The notes beneath the pieces are model-generated. The model was not told the DNA's origin, did not search any database, and was given only the letters and a program-made list of their open reading frames with translations. From contig NC_058368.1 in assembly GCF_018350175.1 (NCBI RefSeq), positions 230,394,001 through 230,458,000 on the forward strand: a stretch of 64,000 nucleotides of DNA, in the 5' to 3' direction. Numbering within the stretch: the first letter of the stretch is position 1; the number at the start of each line of letters is the position of its first letter. The position numbers and the translations under genes were made by a program. Of the stretch, positions 11,246 through 24,947 are shown piece after piece. The DNA is from Felis catus (Eukaryota).

Positions 11246-12664
11246 AAAAATATGAAGACTTTTAAATACGACCTAAAACTCTTGGTTTTTTTAAGTGTTT
11301 TTATTTACCAAACTTTAGAAGCATGACTGCTCTTTGTCATGATCATAATGCAGAATTTCCTCCTTGTTCTACTACATTCCGTATCTCAGATGCAGTGACC
11401 TGCTCCAAAGCTGAGGAAACAGCTTAATGGTTTTTGTAAAGTCTTCAATTGAAAAACAACAACAACAAGAACAACAACAACACACACATCGTGTGTGTGC
11501 ACGCGAAAGTGAAAAGAGCAAAGTGAAACTTACCACGATTGGGTCATTTTATTTACATAAGGAATTAGCAGTGAACAGATTCCCTTGCCTGGGAGGAGGG
11601 ATTGGAACATGCAGGTCATTTTCAGCTTCTTGAAGAATTTCCTGTGTGACCTTGAATAATGTGCCTACCCAACTGGTGCCTGAGTATTCGCTTGTTGTGC
11701 GCAAGTTAATGTTGTGAAGGGTTTTTGGGCGACCAGATGGAAGCCAGTGTGTTTCTGGGGAGAAGGAAGAGGAGAGCGGGGTCCACATGCTCTCAGCTTT
11801 GCCAGCTCTCCAGCCCCCGTGCCTGTCGCCTGTGGACCTCGTTACACTGAAGCATACGCCGGATTCCCTGATGGGAAGGGTTTTGCGCTGCTCTGATGTC
11901 TGGGGTTTATTAGAGGAAATCTATTAAGCCTGAGGTATGAGGCTGGCTTCCTGCCGTCACGGGGCTCGTGGAAACAGCTCTGGAAGCATCTTTCAGTGAA
12001 ATCTAAGTTTGATTGAGACACCAGATCAGTGGAAAAGCATTACTCACCCCAGGAATATAACGACTGAAAATACTACCCCAGCTCTCTTCCTTGACAGAAG
12101 AGCGTCTGGCAGGGTAATAGGAGAATGACGAAGATGTTAAAATACGTGAGAAGAGTTATTTAGTACAGGGATTCCCAGATACCTCTCCTTGCAAATATGT
12201 GCTCAGACTGCAGAGCTACGTGTAAGGAACCAGCATCAAATAGTCATCCGTTCTCGCCACAGTTTTATGGAGCACTAAGGAGGCATGACGTGCCATAGAG
12301 GGCCTGTCAGCCAGCAGGCTCCCACCAGGGTGGCTGACGAACTCCCGGAATGTCCCCACCCTGCCCACCAACTGGTCACGTGTGGTCCTCCGTGCCTCAG
12401 GCTGGGCTGACAGCTGTTCATTCACTTAGGTGAACCAACTTACGGGAATCTTACCAAGAGGTGACCACTACGCGTCCTCTCCACTCCTTCCTTCATGCTC
12501 ACCGTTCCAGACCAGAACTCACTAGCATCCAGTACAGGAAGTCTGCTCTGCCTTTTGACAGCATCATCAGCAGGAACAGAGTCGACAGAGGCCTCTATGA
12601 TACGAGCAAAGACGCTTCATTGCCTGTGATCTTTGTCGGGCACCGTCAGCAATATTCCGTAAAC

Positions 12665-12888
12665 CAGTAGTTCTCAACAGGGCTGTGATTTGGCCCCCTA
12701 CCCCCCTGGGGTTACTTAGCAATATCTGGCACATTTTGGGTTGGCACAACTGGAAGGAGATGCTATTACTGTCTAGTCGTTAGAGGTTGGAGATGTCTCT
12801 AAACATCTTACAATTTTAGGAAACCCACCCCCTTTTTCCAACCAAGAATTATCCAGAATATCCACAGACCCAAGGTTCAAAAACTCTG
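12665..12888 (+). mobile_element. MER20-like hAT DNA transposon
   Basis: cagtagttctcaac...gcaatatctggcacattttgggttggcacaactgg...ggttcaaaaactctg. Confidence 0.75.
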
Positions 12889-13154
12889 CCTTACTCATGT
12901 GTCTTCTTCCCCTTAGCTTCACCCTCAGCCTCCCAGATGGAAGCTTGTAGGGCCAGGGATCGAACGTGATTCACTATACTTCACTGACATTCAAGAAAAA
13001 CTCAGTGAACAAATGAGCGAACGAATGAGGTCAGGGAGGCATTCTAGGCGAGCGAGGAGGTAACCATTAAGTTAGCACTTACATGATATTTGCGGGTACA
13101 GTATTGCATCCTATCATCGGTATTGTTTTTGTCTCTGAGATGTTTTTATCCTGG

Positions 13155-13340
13155 CCTAATTTCATTCGTTCGCTGTGCACCCGACTGTATATAAGCCAGC
13201 GTGGTAGCCACCAGGGGCAATACAATGAGGTCAACATGACGTGACCCCTGCTCCCTGGAGTTTACTTCGCCAGTGGAGAAAACCAGCATGAACCAACCAA
13301 GAAGAGAAGTGTAAAATTTCAGTGGGACAAGTGCTACAGA
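13155..13340 (-). mobile_element. L2 3' fragment
   Basis: ttcattcgttcg...ccctgctccctggagtttact pattern typical of antisense L2. Confidence 0.45.
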
Positions 13341-15355
13341 TATTGCGTGCCTGCCACAAAAGAAGCCTGAGAAAGGTCCGTAGTGTCAAGGACTAGGCAG
13401 TGTCGTCTCCGGAGTGCTGTGACCCACAGATGATATCTTAAGTATCTGTGTTAACGTACCAGTATCACCTGTGGATATTATCGGCTACTTTGTCATCAGG
13501 AAAGGGCTTTTGCAGGTCTTAATTCTCGAGCAGATTAGCATTTCCCAGCAGGAGGGAAATGGCCCACGTTAGTAATGGAGGAAGGGAGACTGCCAGGCCC
13601 ATGCAGGGACCTGCACACGGTGCAGCGCGAAGAAGCAGGCAGGGGCCGACGTACGGGGCCCTTCTGGAGCACAGGGCCGTGAGTGACAGAGTGCAGGTGG
13701 AGAGTTTCCAGAAGGTCAGTGAGATGTTCTGGTTTGCTTGAGAAGCCTCGCAGCACTGTTGGTGTGCGGGATAAACTGGGGGTGGGATTTTTCCAGGCTG
13801 CAGAGAGCCCATTAGGAAATACCACAGTTTTCATAGCAAGAGATAATGAGTCTGAGGCCCATGGCTCCAGCCACGGGACTGCTTTGGAAAATGAATTTAC
13901 AGTTCTCTTGTCTGATGGCATGCGGCCTGGAGAGAGACGGGGAGGAGCTTAGATATCATTCTTTTCTTTGCAGGGTTATTTTTTCCCAATAGCTCTTGAA
14001 GGAGCAATCCCTCATAAATATTTGTGCTCCTCCAAGGTGACAACGCCTGTCCTTCCTTTCATCAGCATCCTGCTAGATTGGGTAATCTCGATGTTCACGG
14101 CAACTCTGTGGATTTTGCATTTCAGAGAAAATGAGACAAGATTGAATTTTCTTTCGTGAGAATAGGGTGATTTTAGTTCTAAGGGTCTTTTGCCAAAAAT
14201 ATTTGATACATCCCCAACTGCTAAACAAACATGAAAAATGCCGGGATCCAAAGATGATTCTTTGTCACACACTTCCTGCCTAAAGTTCTGGCTGGGTTGT
14301 GTGTGAAACCTGCAAATACAAATTCTCCTTTCTGGGAAAGATGTTCTAAAATAAGAACAGGAGACCCAGATGTAGCAGGAAGGAGGCTGGGAGTCCTTGC
14401 TGCAGTTGGGATGGCTCATTCTCCATAAAGTAAAGTTTCCTTTCGTCCCTTCCCCCCTCTTTGCTAATTCAGGACTCTCCCCCTTCTGTTTAACCATCAA
14501 GGATGTATTAAATCACGCAATAGGCAGTAAACCTGAAACCTCAGATATTTCGGAGACTCAGAACATAAATCGGTCAAGGCATATTGAGAAAAACTCAGTG
14601 AGTTTTTCTACACATGTAGAATAAGGGGTGAAGAAAAGGTGTTTAAAACTCATCCACAAACGTGTAGCTCTGGCATCGTCCAGAATGCAAATTTTAAGTA
14701 ACAACACTACCTAAGCCACTTGACTCTACTCTGGGAAATGAAGATACTCAGCTGAATTGACGTTTCTCACCTAAACTTAGTGCCTTCTGCAGTTTACATC
14801 CGGACTATCAAAATGTGTGTCCTGTTCCAACCAATCAGGATTACTTCTCAAACCTGCAAAGGGGGATGATAGCTGCTTTTCCTAACTCAGGAAGTATTTT
14901 ACACGTCTTACACACTTCTACTTGAAGTTAAAAAAGAAATCTAGACCAAGTCTTCTGCTTTCTTATTTTTGTATCCACCTACATAGAATGAATCTGAATG
15001 TTCTCATAACCTGAGGAAATACACACTTCCCGTGACCCTAGTGGATAAAAACCTTCCTGGAGATTCTGCCTCTGAGCACAGTCCAGACCTCTGATGCTTG
15101 TTCAAATGGAAGTCAAACACTCCCTGAAGAGCATGAGAAAATTCGAGCGTGCTTGGTTCTGTTATGCCAAAGAGGACAGTGTCCTTTGCACTATGTCCTT
15201 ATTCCTCCCTTGTGCCCATACAAATTCCACCTCCCATAACCAGCCCTGAGGACCACAGCTCTAAATGGGGCGGGCCCTGCTTCATGCAGCAAGCACAGGC
15301 TATCGGCTCATCGAAGTCCAAGGTGGTTCTCAGGCTTCCTTTCAACAAATTGGGA

Positions 15356-15567
15356 GGGCGCCCGGGTGGCTCGGTCAGTTAAGGGTCTGATTCTTGATAT
15401 TGGCTCAGGTCATGACCTCATGGTTCATGAGCTCAAGCCCCAAGTCAGACTCTGCACTAACAGCGCAGAGCCTGCTTGGGGTTCTGTCTCTCCCTCTCTC
15501 TCTGCCCCTCCTTGCTTGCGTTCCCTCTCTTTCTCTCCAAATAAATAAATTAATTTAATAAAAAAAA
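15356..15567 (+). mobile_element. CanSINE (older subfamily)
   Basis: gggcgcccgggtggctcggtcagttaag head and A-rich tail; followed by a MIR remnant. Confidence 0.9.
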
Positions 15568-16328
15568 GGGCAAGTCTCTCAAGCTCTCTGAACCTCAGTC
15601 TCCTTATCTATAAAGTAGAGCTAATGATAAGCCCTGCCTCCCAGAGTCATGGGGAAGGAGACTTAATCGGCCACTAATGTTTATTGAGCAACTACTAAGG
15701 TTTATCACTCTGTGTATTAAAGTTGGATGATTTATGTAAATTTTCAAAACCCAGTTAAGATTTTAGCTTACTAGGTTTATACATGCGTCATTTTCTGAAT
15801 CCACTAATTGGAGGGCATTTTATTGGTCATTTTAGGGGATTTTGGTGGAAAATACTAAATCGTTTTGGGACAAGATAAATATGCCAGTAAATACAAATAA
15901 ATGAATATACTGAAGATACAGAAAGATAAGTATTTTATATCAGACCTTGTTTAAAGAAAATATCTGTCTGGAATTCCAACCAGCAGACTTTGATTGGCAT
16001 GATTAATCCCTATGGAAAACTTAAAACAGGAAAACACAAAGGGTAGTAGAATAATACAAATTAGGAAATGTTTTATGCCTGGAAAGTATTATTTATTATA
16101 CCTCAAACAGCATAAATCTTTATGGACATAAACCTCCAGACAGCTCATTGTATTTGACATCGTAGTCATTAATTGAATGAATCCCATGTGACTTGCAAAA
16201 GCCAGAGAAATGCAGAACATAACTAATTTGGAAGGAATTTGGAGGAATGGGCCCAGGGTGGGACCAAGTACAATTTGGAGACCAGGTCATGAAAGAAAAG
16301 AGAGGGATTGTGTTTAAGAACTTGTTGA

Positions 16329-16550
16329 GGGGAGCCTGGGTGGTTCAGTCAGTGGGCCATTGGACTCTTGATTTTGGGCTCTGATCTTGTGGTTTATGGG
16401 ATCGAGCCCCACCCAGGGCTCTGTGCTGCTGACCAAGTGGAGACTGCTTGGGATTCTCTCTCTCGGCCCCTTCCCTGCTTCCACATGCAGCCTCATGCAC
16501 GTTCTCTCTCTCTCTCTCTTTCAAAATAAATAAATAAACATTAAAAAAAA
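16329..16550 (+). mobile_element. CanSINE (older subfamily)
   Basis: Head, (CT)n region and tail; degenerate TSD ending gttgag. Confidence 0.9.
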
Positions 16551-16755
16551 TGGTTGAGAGCATTTATCTTTCTCTGGGTAAGACCTTTCCTTTTCTGTTC
16601 TACCACCTGACTCTGGGTCCTGGAACCCTTACAGTGAGGTTGCCTGAAGTTGTAAATGGACTTTGCTTGAACATAAAATGTTTTGCTTTACAAAAGTCAA
16701 TGGCATAAAATGTCTGTGTGTGTGTTACTGATAATTTAAAAATTATACAAGTCCC

Positions 16756-16970
16756 GGGGCGTCTGGGTGGTTCAGTCGGTTGGGCGTCCGACTTCGGCTC
16801 AGCTCATGATCTCGTGGTCTGTGAGTTCGAGCCCCTCGTTGGGCTCTGTGCTGACAGCTCAGAGCCTGGAGCCTGTTTCAGATTCTGTGTGTCCCTCTCT
16901 CTGACCCTCCCCCATTCATGCTCTGTCTCTCTCTATCTCAAAAATAAATAAACGTTAAAAAAAATTTTTT
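16756..16970 (+). mobile_element. CanSINE
   Basis: TSD taaaaattatacaagtc. Confidence 0.93.
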
Positions 16971-17013
16971 TAAATAAAAATTATACAAGTCTTGATATAA
17001 AAACAGAAAGTAT

Positions 17014-17243
17014 GGGGCGCCTGGGTGGCGCAGTTGGTTAAGCGTCCGACTTCAGCCAGGTCGCGATCTCGAGGTCCGTGAGTTCGAGCCCCACGTCGGG
17101 CTCTGGGCTGATGGCTCAGAGCCTGGAGCCTGCTTCCGATTCTGTGTCTCCCTCTCTCTCTGCCCCTCCCCCGTTCATGCTCTGTCCCTCTCTGTCCCAA
17201 AAATAAATAAATGTTGAAAAAAAAATAAAAAAAAAAAATAAAA
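17014..17243 (+). mobile_element. Young felid CanSINE
   Basis: Perfect TSD taaaaacagaaagta (16998-17012 / 17244-17258); long A-rich tail. Confidence 0.95.
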
Positions 17244-18410
17244 ATAAAAACAGAAAGTAGTTGCCACTGAAAAATACATAACAGACGTGGCAGTAGTCCT
17301 GAATTAAATGAATTTTGCCTTCTTCTAATGTCTGTGTACCAAGAGACAGACATGCATTCCAACTCCTGGTTGTTTGTAAGAATGAAAATGAAAACTGCTT
17401 GGTTAGTGCGGCATCTTGGTCAGGAGGGTGGGGCCACCTAAGTTGTAATTCTGGCTCCGTGGCTTGGTCGTCTCTGGGATCTCGGGCAAGTTGCTAAAGC
17501 TTTTCTGGGCCACCGCTGCTGCGTGGATAAAATCGGGGTTCTGATGGTGCCACTCTGATGGGAACGTGGTGTGGAGTGGGTAAGGTACCCAGAGCGGTTG
17601 CTGGCACACAGGACTCACTCAGTAAACGGGAGCTCTCAGTACGTTGACTTCTTGTGCAAACAAGAGTCATGTCAGGGCTTATAGCCAAGTCCTACTATGT
17701 AAGGAGATATTCTCCCTGATTAAGAAATCTGTAATTGCCTCTAGAGGTAGTGGATAAAGTATTACCTCCATACAATCTCTGATCACTCCAGTGCAATTAA
17801 ATCTAGAAAGAGTGCCTAGAAAGAGCACCTGTTTATCTGAGAGCGGTCTTCAGTTCGCTGAGCTCATTTGCTTTCTGTGGCGCTCGTGGTTTCTCACGTG
17901 ACCTCCTTTTCTGCAATCTGAGTCCACAGAGCCCAACAAAGCCCTGGAGAAAAGACTGGAAATGGGTGTGAAGGAGGTCTCTCGAAATCAAGTTCAAGAA
18001 TGAAAACTTCAACGATAATTTCAGACAGTGAAGGGCATGCTGAATATAAATGTTCTCAGTAACATCAATGCCACCAAAGCAGTATTTTTTTCATGAGCAT
18101 TGCATCCTGTTTTACTATACTCTTGTTAAGGTATAAAATAGAAAGACAGATGACAAATTTAAATGTTGGTATCTTCCCCAAATTCTGTTGTAAGCATTTT
18201 TTTAAATATATAGCAAACCATTAAGGAATTCTGTGATTTGTGTCTTTAAAAGTCTTTAAATAATGCATTTGAAAACATTTACAAAAGGAAAAACTGTTAC
18301 AAAAGAGTAAAAACATTTTCCCAAATGACAAGCGTTTATGCTCATTGAACGTAACTACCGCGTCACTTCATTGAAATTCTAAATTTAAATCTTGCAAGAT
18401 AAACTTTCTA

Positions 18411-18627
18411 AATTTTTTTTTCAACGTTTTTTATTTATTTTTGGGACAGAGAGAGACAGAGCATGAACGGGGGAGGGGCAGAGAGAGAGGGAGACACAGA
18501 ATCGGAAACAGGCTCCAGGCTCCGAGCCATCAGCCCAGAGCCCGACGCGGGGCTCGAACTCACGGACCGCGAGATCGTGACCTGAGCTGAAGTCAGATGC
18601 TTAACCGACTGCGCCACCCAGGCTCCC
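18411..18627 (-). mobile_element. Young felid CanSINE
   Basis: Perfect 17-bp TSD gcaagataaactttcta (18394-18410 / 18628-18644). Confidence 0.96.
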
Positions 18628-18743
18628 GCAAGATAAACTTTCTATTCCAATACGTATCATCTCCCCTTCCCCCAGTAATTGTTCATTATGCAAAAATTCT
18701 TTATTGAGGTTTAGATCACAGCGATGGGAAGGACCATTCCTTT

Positions 18744-19202
18744 ACCGCTGTTCCCCAACCATGTTCCAAGGTGCCCCAGGACGACGCAGCAAACTCAGAG
18801 GGGCTCCTCAGGATAGTTTAAGTTTTCAAGGGAAACAAAACATCCGTCAGACACCAGGAGAAGCATGAACTTGAGTTGGTTCAGTTTCTGAATTCGGTTG
18901 TGTCACATTCCTTTTGATGACGTCATAAACTTGCAGATGTGGATGTTCAGAAATTTCTGTCACGGGAAGCAAGCGCCATGTGAAAATCAGTGCGAGAGGA
19001 ACAGGAGGCAGCAGTGTCTGAGTCCGAGGTTGGAGAAGCAGGGCCGCACCCCAAAGGTGCTAGCTTCTTAGGACATAGACAACTCTGAAGTTATTCGCAC
19101 CGGGTTCCTTAATAAATGGAGGGGTCGGGCAATTCTTTTGGCCCAGGGACACCATGAAGAACTGAAGAGGACCCCGTGTGCCAATAAAATTGGAAACCTC
19201 TG
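18744..19202. mobile_element. Charlie-family hAT DNA transposon remnant (Charlie4-like)
   Basis: Degenerate terminal inverted repeats ccgctgttccccaacc / ttggaaacctctg; internal gtgaaaatcagtgcg motif. Confidence 0.55.
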
Positions 19203-19768
19203 CAGTTATATAAAGTCGGGCTCTGCCCAGTCACTTCCCACAAAGAAAAAAACAAATGGGTTCAAACAATTAGATATTAAATTAGCATTCTTCAAGATCC
19301 AAGTGATTTGTTTCCTTGTGGCTTCATTTCACAGCTGTGCATGGAACTTAAACCGTTCTTCTAGTGAATAAAGAAATGCTTAATGAAGAAATCATAATTC
19401 TTAATTAGTGAAAAAGATAAAAGAAATGTGTGCTTTTATTATTTGCATAAATAAAACTATTCTTATCTGCCATTTGCTCTTTTCTCTGGTAATCAAATGT
19501 ATTCCATGAGCCCTGTCGGCCATCCTGCCCGTTTTAAATTTGAAAGGTCTATGGCAGCAATAATAGAAAATATCTTTAAACTCATTGCAAACTTTTCAAT
19601 TAATTTTCAAATTAATCACAGCCATTCTGAGAGTTAGGCGGACCTAGAGGTAATAAAAGCCGAGTCTAAGTCTTTATCAATGGGTAGAAATTAAAGGTAA
19701 TGGGACACTGTTATCTGGAAATGAATACCTTCTTTTTTTTATGATGGCACTTTAAAAAGAAGCTTACT

Positions 19769-19981
19769 GGGGCGCCTGGGTGGCGCAGTCGGTTGAGCGT
19801 CCGACTTCAGCCAGGTCACGATCTCACGGTCCGTGAGTTTGAGCCCCGCGTCGGGCTCTGGGCTGATGGCTCAGAGCCTGGAGCCTGTTTCCGATTCTGT
19901 GTCTCCCTCTCTCTGACCCTCCCCCGTTCATGCTCTGTCTCTCTCTGTCCCAAAAATAAATAAACGTTGAAAAAAAAAAAA
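19769..19981 (+). mobile_element. Young felid CanSINE
   Basis: Perfect 17-bp TSD ttaaaaagaagcttact (19752-19768 / 19982-19998). Confidence 0.96.
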
Positions 19982-20154
19982 TTAAAAAGAAGCTTACTAA
20001 TACATTCAGTCGTACAGATATGGAATCTTCCAGGATAATGGTATATAGCTGGCCTGTCTGTACCCCTTTCACTGATGATCTGCAGGGATTACAGGGATTA
20101 CTAATAAATATCCATTGTTGGTTACCTTACTCAAAATGAGGGATATATGTATCA

Positions 20155-20240
20155 TTATATATATATAATATATATTATTGTATAATTATAATATATAATG
20201 ATATGATATATATCAATAATATATATATTATATATATACA
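20155..20240. repeat. Imperfect (TA)n tract
   Basis: Seen directly. Confidence 0.85.
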
Positions 20241-20778
20241 CACATATGTATCTTCCACATTTTATATTTAGAAAAATCCAGACCAACAAGTAATGTGAAG
20301 TAGGATAAAAGAAAATGTCTTCACCTGGAATTCTTTTGCATTTAATGTCTAGTAATGAGAAATAATTGTGAATGGCCACTTGGACACTGTAGTTCTCTTT
20401 TTCTAGTATTAAGGCTTGGCTCAAGTATTCATAGCTTCTTTATACTTCCTTTAAGGGCAAATGGAAACAAACCTAGCTGGGTGTGTTTGGGTTGTTTTCT
20501 GATGCAGGCACTAACAACTGTTTATAGTTCTTTGCTTGTTTGTTTTTTTCCTTTTCTAGCAGCTAAAGAGCAACAACACCCAAAAGCTTTCCTCCCATTC
20601 CTGATGCGTTTCAGTCAGAATAACAGCAGAAAAATGCAGGAAGATGTAAACCCCAAAGTCATTCATCAGTACTTATATTCGAGGGTCAGATTGGCTGTCG
20701 CTGAGATTTTAAAATAACCAGCCAAGTATACAAAAAAACAAAGAGGTAGATAGAATGTGGCTTCATGGGGACAAAGCA

Positions 20779-20873
20779 TCTTCTCTTCTCTTCTCTTCTC
20801 TTCTCTTCTCTTCTCTTCTCTTCTCTTCCCTTCCCTTCCCTTCCCTTCCCTTCCCTTCCCTTCCCTTCCCTTC
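20779..20873. repeat. Compound pentanucleotide microsatellite (CTTCT)n(CTTCC)n
   Basis: About 9 CTTCT units then about 9 CTTCC units, pure pyrimidine. Confidence 0.95.
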
Positions 20874-21049
20874 TCATTCGTGGTTCTGATATCATGTTGA
20901 CAGAGCTTAACAACACCACTTCAACCCCCCAGCGAGCCACTTCTCCAGACACAGAATGGAACATTGATCTCTGGCACCTACCCTTCCCTTTCTGGTATCC
21001 CCTGGATCAGCCCCGGGGGTCAAGAAAGACAAGAGGAGAGCCTGGTGTT

Positions 21050-21500
21050 CTTTTGACCATAAGCAGTTTCACAGACCATCAGCATCACGCAAGGCCACCC
21101 TGACGATGATGGATCAAGACAAAATCAAGACCCCTCCGTAGTCATGTCTGAAAACTGACAAATCACAAAACTGATGGAAACAGCCACCTGTCCAAGCTGA
21201 TTTGATGACTGCTCTTTCTTTACCAATCACAGTTTGAGCCTTGCTGTAGTCTTCCCTCCTTCTAGATCTTTAAGAATCTTTAAGATACCGAGTTACATCC
21301 CGGCAGCAGCCAATCCAGAACCAGACCCTGCCTCCAAAGCCCCTAACACAAGCCCAGATGCTGTAAGTCTGCTTTAACACCATCTTATTGAACTACCCTG
21401 CAATCCTGAGGTGGGGCTTCTTTTGTTAGAGCCAATAAGAGGCAACCACAGATGCGATCCTGATAGGCTTGGCTGGATTACATTGACATGTCTAGCAACA
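21050..21500 (+). mobile_element. ERV1 solo LTR (MER90/MER110-like)
   Basis: gaccataagcagtttcacaga...caaggccacc...gatggatcaagacaaaa...catgtctgaa motif; ends ...gtctagcaaca. Confidence 0.5.
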
Positions 21501-21524
21501 TGCTTTTTAAAGTTTACCCTTCCA

Positions 21525-21637
21525 GGGGCACCTGGCTGGCTCAGTTTGTAGATCATGTGACTCTTGATCTTGGGACTGTGAGTCTGAGCCCCACATTTGC
21601 ATGTAGATTGCTTAAAAAATAATATCTTTAATTAAAA
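21525..21637 (+). mobile_element. Short CanSINE (tRNA-like head plus tail, no CT region)
   Basis: TSD aaagtttaccct(t/c)cc. Confidence 0.85.
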
Positions 21638-23107
21638 AAAGTTTACCCTCCCTGAATACCACCTTCTTATAGCACATGACCCCATGCTTATCAGGAAATT
21701 AATCCCTAACACAGTTAGAATAAGTGTTTTTTTTTACTTCTTACACAACATGCTTTTTCAATTAGGTAATTCTTCTCCAACATTATTGCCTACTACAGTT
21801 CAGAGGCACAAACCAAGGTTTGGAACTAGAGTGTGTGTGCATTGCAGAACAGACTTAGGGAGGAGATATCTTGGCCGAATGTAACTTTGAATAAGCTTTG
21901 AACCTTAACAATTGACCACCAGGTTCCATGCACTAACTTACCTGTGACCTTGGTCAGGTCACTAAACAATCTGACCTGGGTTTCTCAGTCTACACAATAA
22001 ACATGGGAAATGCTAGCTGAAGTGCCCTCCCATCCTAAAATATGAAGAAAAGCCATCAAAATGCATATATACAAATTCTGGAAATACTAAGTCGCTATTA
22101 CGATTTTTCACGATGGTATAATTATTTCATAATGTTAACAGTAATTATTTCTGCCATCCTTTGGATGGATTTGAATCCAGCATTACTGAAAAGGAAAGAG
22201 GCAACCAGATGTCTTTAAATGCAGGTGTGGCATTTCTTTAATATCTTTTCTTCAGCGTACAGTCATTGCTTATTTATAGTTGTCTTCTCTGCTAAAGTAT
22301 AAGTGGTTTGAGGTCAGGACTCAATATGCGTATCTGCAGGACCTAGAACTTCTCCTGGTTCATAAAAAGGCCTCTCAAACACTCCTGGAAGGAGACCATG
22401 CGTGGGTGCTATTTTCAGAGGATTTGTTACTCATTTTAAAGAATGCCTTCAAACATCTTTCTCACTTGGTGCCTCTTCTAGACTAAATTGCGTTTCGATT
22501 CTGTAAGATTTTCCTTAAAGGGAGTCTCTCTGTTCAGTGTTATCTGAAATACATTGAGTTGTCATTCTTTGAAGAACTAAAATGAGGTGACAGACATGGA
22601 ATCGTATGTGCGAAACATGCTAGCAACATTCCCAGGACCAAGGTCAACAGTGGATATCACTAGATGCCCACCGTGGACTCTGCGTAGCAATCAACCCTCG
22701 AGCCTGTACTCACAACTTACATTCTAAAGAGAACGTGACAGGTGCCGTGGGACAGGTTCTTGCTTCCAGAAACATGGAGACCAGCACGCAATCTTTGGAG
22801 ATGGGTTCTTCTAGAATGCATTTACCCGTGTCATTTTGGTTTTCGGAGAGGTTCGGAAGTTTTCAGAAACAGAATCATTAAAAGCTCTTTTTTAAAGATT
22901 CTTTTCACAGAGAACTGTCAGATGATATCGTTATTTAGTTTATAAGAAAGCACTCTCCATTCTATAATTTACACACAGTATATTGCTAGGCCATTTTTAA
23001 TAGTATTTAATATTAAGTTTCCTTTAATACGCATATAGTAAAACTTTCTGAGGGTGAGCAAGACCTTTGTGGCTTTTTCTCAAATACCTAATCTAAACGG
23101 GAGGCAG

Positions 23108-23335
23108 GGGGCACCTGGGTGGCTCAGTCAATTAAGGGTCGGACTTCGGCTCAGGTCATGATCTCACAGTCCGTGGGTTCGAGCCTCGTGTCGGGCTCTG
23201 TGCTGAAAGCTCAGAGCCTGGAGTCTGTTTTAGATTCTGTGACTCCCTCTCTCTCTGACCCTCCCCCGTTCATGCTCTGTCTCTCTCTGTCTCAAAAAAA
23301 ATAAATACTAAAAATTTTTTTTAAATAAATAAATA
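23108..23335 (+). mobile_element. CanSINE
   Basis: Full element; degenerate TSD ending gaggcag. Confidence 0.93.
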
Positions 23336-24947
23336 AATGTGAGGCAGAACCCTGATCTCTGCCGATACTGACAGAGTAAAAACTATTGCTCTAACATCCT
23401 ACAATCATGCCCTCCTCTCATGGGTCTTGGGTGTCAGATCCTTCCTTCTGTTCCCACTGGAGGTGCACAGGTCCAGATTTTTCTAGGAAGCATCACGGAC
23501 TGTTAATTTTAAAATGGGTACATAGTCATAGAATATAAACATTTTCCATAAAGTCATTATGGCTTACACGGAAGCGTTTATGGGTACTATTTGTCCTTTG
23601 TTCCCTTGGGCTATTACCACCAAAGACAGCCTGTTAGAATTTCCAGGGCAACTAAACGCCTATGTGTATGAAGTTGAGTTTTCCTTGTGGAACCTATTTT
23701 ATTGAAAATGTCTAGTTGTATTAATAGATAAAAGCGAGTATTCTACATTTTATTGAGACTGAATAGGTATTACCATATAATTGATAATATTATTTGCAGT
23801 CTAATGGACTTTTAGGATATTTAAGCCCTTGGTAGAAGCAGAAATTCACTGGTACTTAAAATACATGAGATTAAAAATGGTAAATAGCAGCATGAACTCT
23901 TGCCAATCATTTTACGTTATCCCCCCACCCCCACCCCCCGCCTCGATTCCCAATAAGCTGGACTCCAAGAAAAAGCCCTTTGCTTGGCTAAGATTTACTT
24001 AAGGCACCCAGCACCTGTAATAGTTGGGAAATGAGCAGTTTTCTCACGATTTTGCTGTTTCCGGTTCTCTGCTTCAGCAGCCAGTAGAAAACTTGCTAGT
24101 CGAAAGTGTCCCTCCTTGTTCTGGAATAATAGATGCCAGTCCCTGGAAGTGGGTCCTAGCCTGGCCAGTTCGCCCTGTGGTCCCCGGGCAGGGCGTGACG
24201 GATGAGGCCACAGGAGTCACCAGTTCACGTGAGCAGAGGAGGGGAGAAGGGCCGGCTCTTGCCTTCACACTCTGTGTGCACCTGGCCCTGTCCCCAGCGT
24301 GTATCCCCACCCCCCCACTGCCCAGCACCAGCAGCCTCGCCAGGGTCCCCCACAGGAGCCACTAAACTCTCTCCTGCTCCATCCGCACCCTAGAGGGTCT
24401 CAGCCCTGCATCCAGAGGGACCTTTCGTAAACACAGCTCCATCAAAGTATGATTTATATACAATAAATGCACTGTTTTAGGCTGCAGTTTCTGAGTGTTG
24501 ACAGATGTATACATCCATGTAACCACTGTCAAAGCGATTCTCCAAAAACGCGAATCGGACCACAACATGCCAGTGCCTCTGGTCTCTCTCAGAGCAGAAG
24601 CCAGACACCTGCCAGGACTGAAGAATCCTGTGTGATCTAGGGCCTTACTGCCGCTCTCCACATGGCCCCAGGACCCACGCCACTTCCCTTACTGGCCTTC
24701 TCCCCTCTTGCCTGATGTGCTAATTAAGCACATTCCTCTTCAGGGTCTTAGCGCTGTTCTCCCTTTCAGGAACATTCCTTCCACCATGCACCACCTTTAG
24801 GTCTATGCTCCAGGGTCACCTTCTCCGGGAGGTCTTCCATAGCCACAGAGTTTACAATAACAACCCCTGTACCGCACGTCTGTGTGCATGCACACACACA
24901 CACACACACTCGTGTTGCCTATGTCTGTTTTATTTTCCCATTACACC

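Noticed and set aside
13205..13222. CTCF-like motif ccaccaggggcaat
   Set aside because: One base short of the consensus spacing and inside a probable L2 remnant; not supportable.
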